Assembly (NCBI GenBank): GCA_965242525.1 | Contig: OZ251459.1 | Coordinates: 736,001-800,000, forward strand | Source of the DNA: an uncultured Candidatus Binatia bacterium | GTDB taxonomy: Bacteria; Desulfobacterota; Binatia; UBA9968; JAJDTQ01 | Length of the DNA stretch: 64,000 nucleotides | Direction of reading: 5' to 3' | Shown here: positions 63,494 to 64,000 of the stretch, piece by piece | Layout: each line of letters opens with the position of its first letter | Numbering within the stretch: position 1 is the first letter of the stretch | Translations under genes and position numbers: made by a program | Notes under the pieces: generated by a model | The model's database searches: none | What the model was told of the DNA's origin: nothing | Seen by the model: the letters and a program-made list of their open reading frames with translations, nothing else

Positions 63494-64000
63494 ATGGGAA
63501 ACAAGTACCGGATCATCGACGGCGACGGCCACGTGGTGGAGGACATGGAGGCCATCACCGGCCGCTTTCCGGAGGCGGTGCAGCGCCAGATGCGCTGGTC
63601 CAACCCGTTCCCCCCGTTGGACCACCTGCATTCCGCCAACGCCCACCAGCTTCCGCCGGGGTCGTTCCAGCAGGTGGGGTTCGACGGCTGGGTGGAGTTC
63701 CTGGAAGACGTGGGCATCGAGCGGACGGTGCTCTATCCCACCGTGGGCCTGTCGTACGGCAAGGTGGTGAGCCAGGACTGGGCCATCGACCTGGCGCGGG
63801 CCTACAACGACTGGATCGCCGAGAACTACGTGCAGAAGAGTCCCCGGTTCCAGGCTGTGGCGTTGATCCCCTTGCAGGAGCCCCGGGCCGCGGTGGCCGA
63901 ATTGCGCCGGGCGGTGGAGGAGTTGGGCATGTGCGGCGCCATGCTGCCGTCCACGGGCATCCAGTTGCACCTGGGCCACAAGTACTACTGGCCCATCTAC
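63494..64000 (+). CDS. amidohydrolase family protein, runs off the right edge
   Basis: GGAGG RBS; IDGDGH, LYPT.GL, AYNDW; paralog-like to 7643-8677. Confidence 0.88.
   Translation, partial: MGNKYRIIDGDGHVVEDMEAITGRFPEAVQRQMRWSNPFPPLDHLHSANAHQLPPGSFQQVGFDGWVEFLEDVGIERTVLYPTVGLSYGKVVSQDWAIDLARAYNDWIAENYVQKSPRFQAVALIPLQEPRAAVAELRRAVEELGMCGAMLPSTGIQLHLGHKYYWPIY

Overview
GC-rich window from a Gram-negative bacterium (lgt, MlaFED, a YadA-type adhesin, several amidohydrolases and an LLM oxidoreductase; lineage cannot be assigned from this alone). Housekeeping and metabolic genes at both ends flank a ~35-kb defence-rich core. The core holds a complete type I-G (I-U) CRISPR-Cas locus (cas7/csb1, csb2, cas3, csb3/cas8g, cas4-cas1, cas2) with a 141-repeat/140-spacer array (manual count), then nrdJ, a type III R-M system and a Lamassu-like ABC-three-component system. 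Four observations stand out. (1) Csb2 carries an in-frame ~240-aa phosphoribosyltransferase domain, with a small +1-frame ORF with a strong RBS nested in it. (2) A 1.9-kb phage remnant encoding a MuF-ADP-ribosyltransferase toxin and a small partner gene separates the array from two degenerate repeats. (3) Spacer 105 appears to target that remnant exactly at a deletion junction, and its downstream repeat carries the only internal repeat mutation I noticed. (4) The last base of the repeat switches in contiguous blocks through all four nucleotides. Family assignments come from motif recognition by eye; no searches were run.
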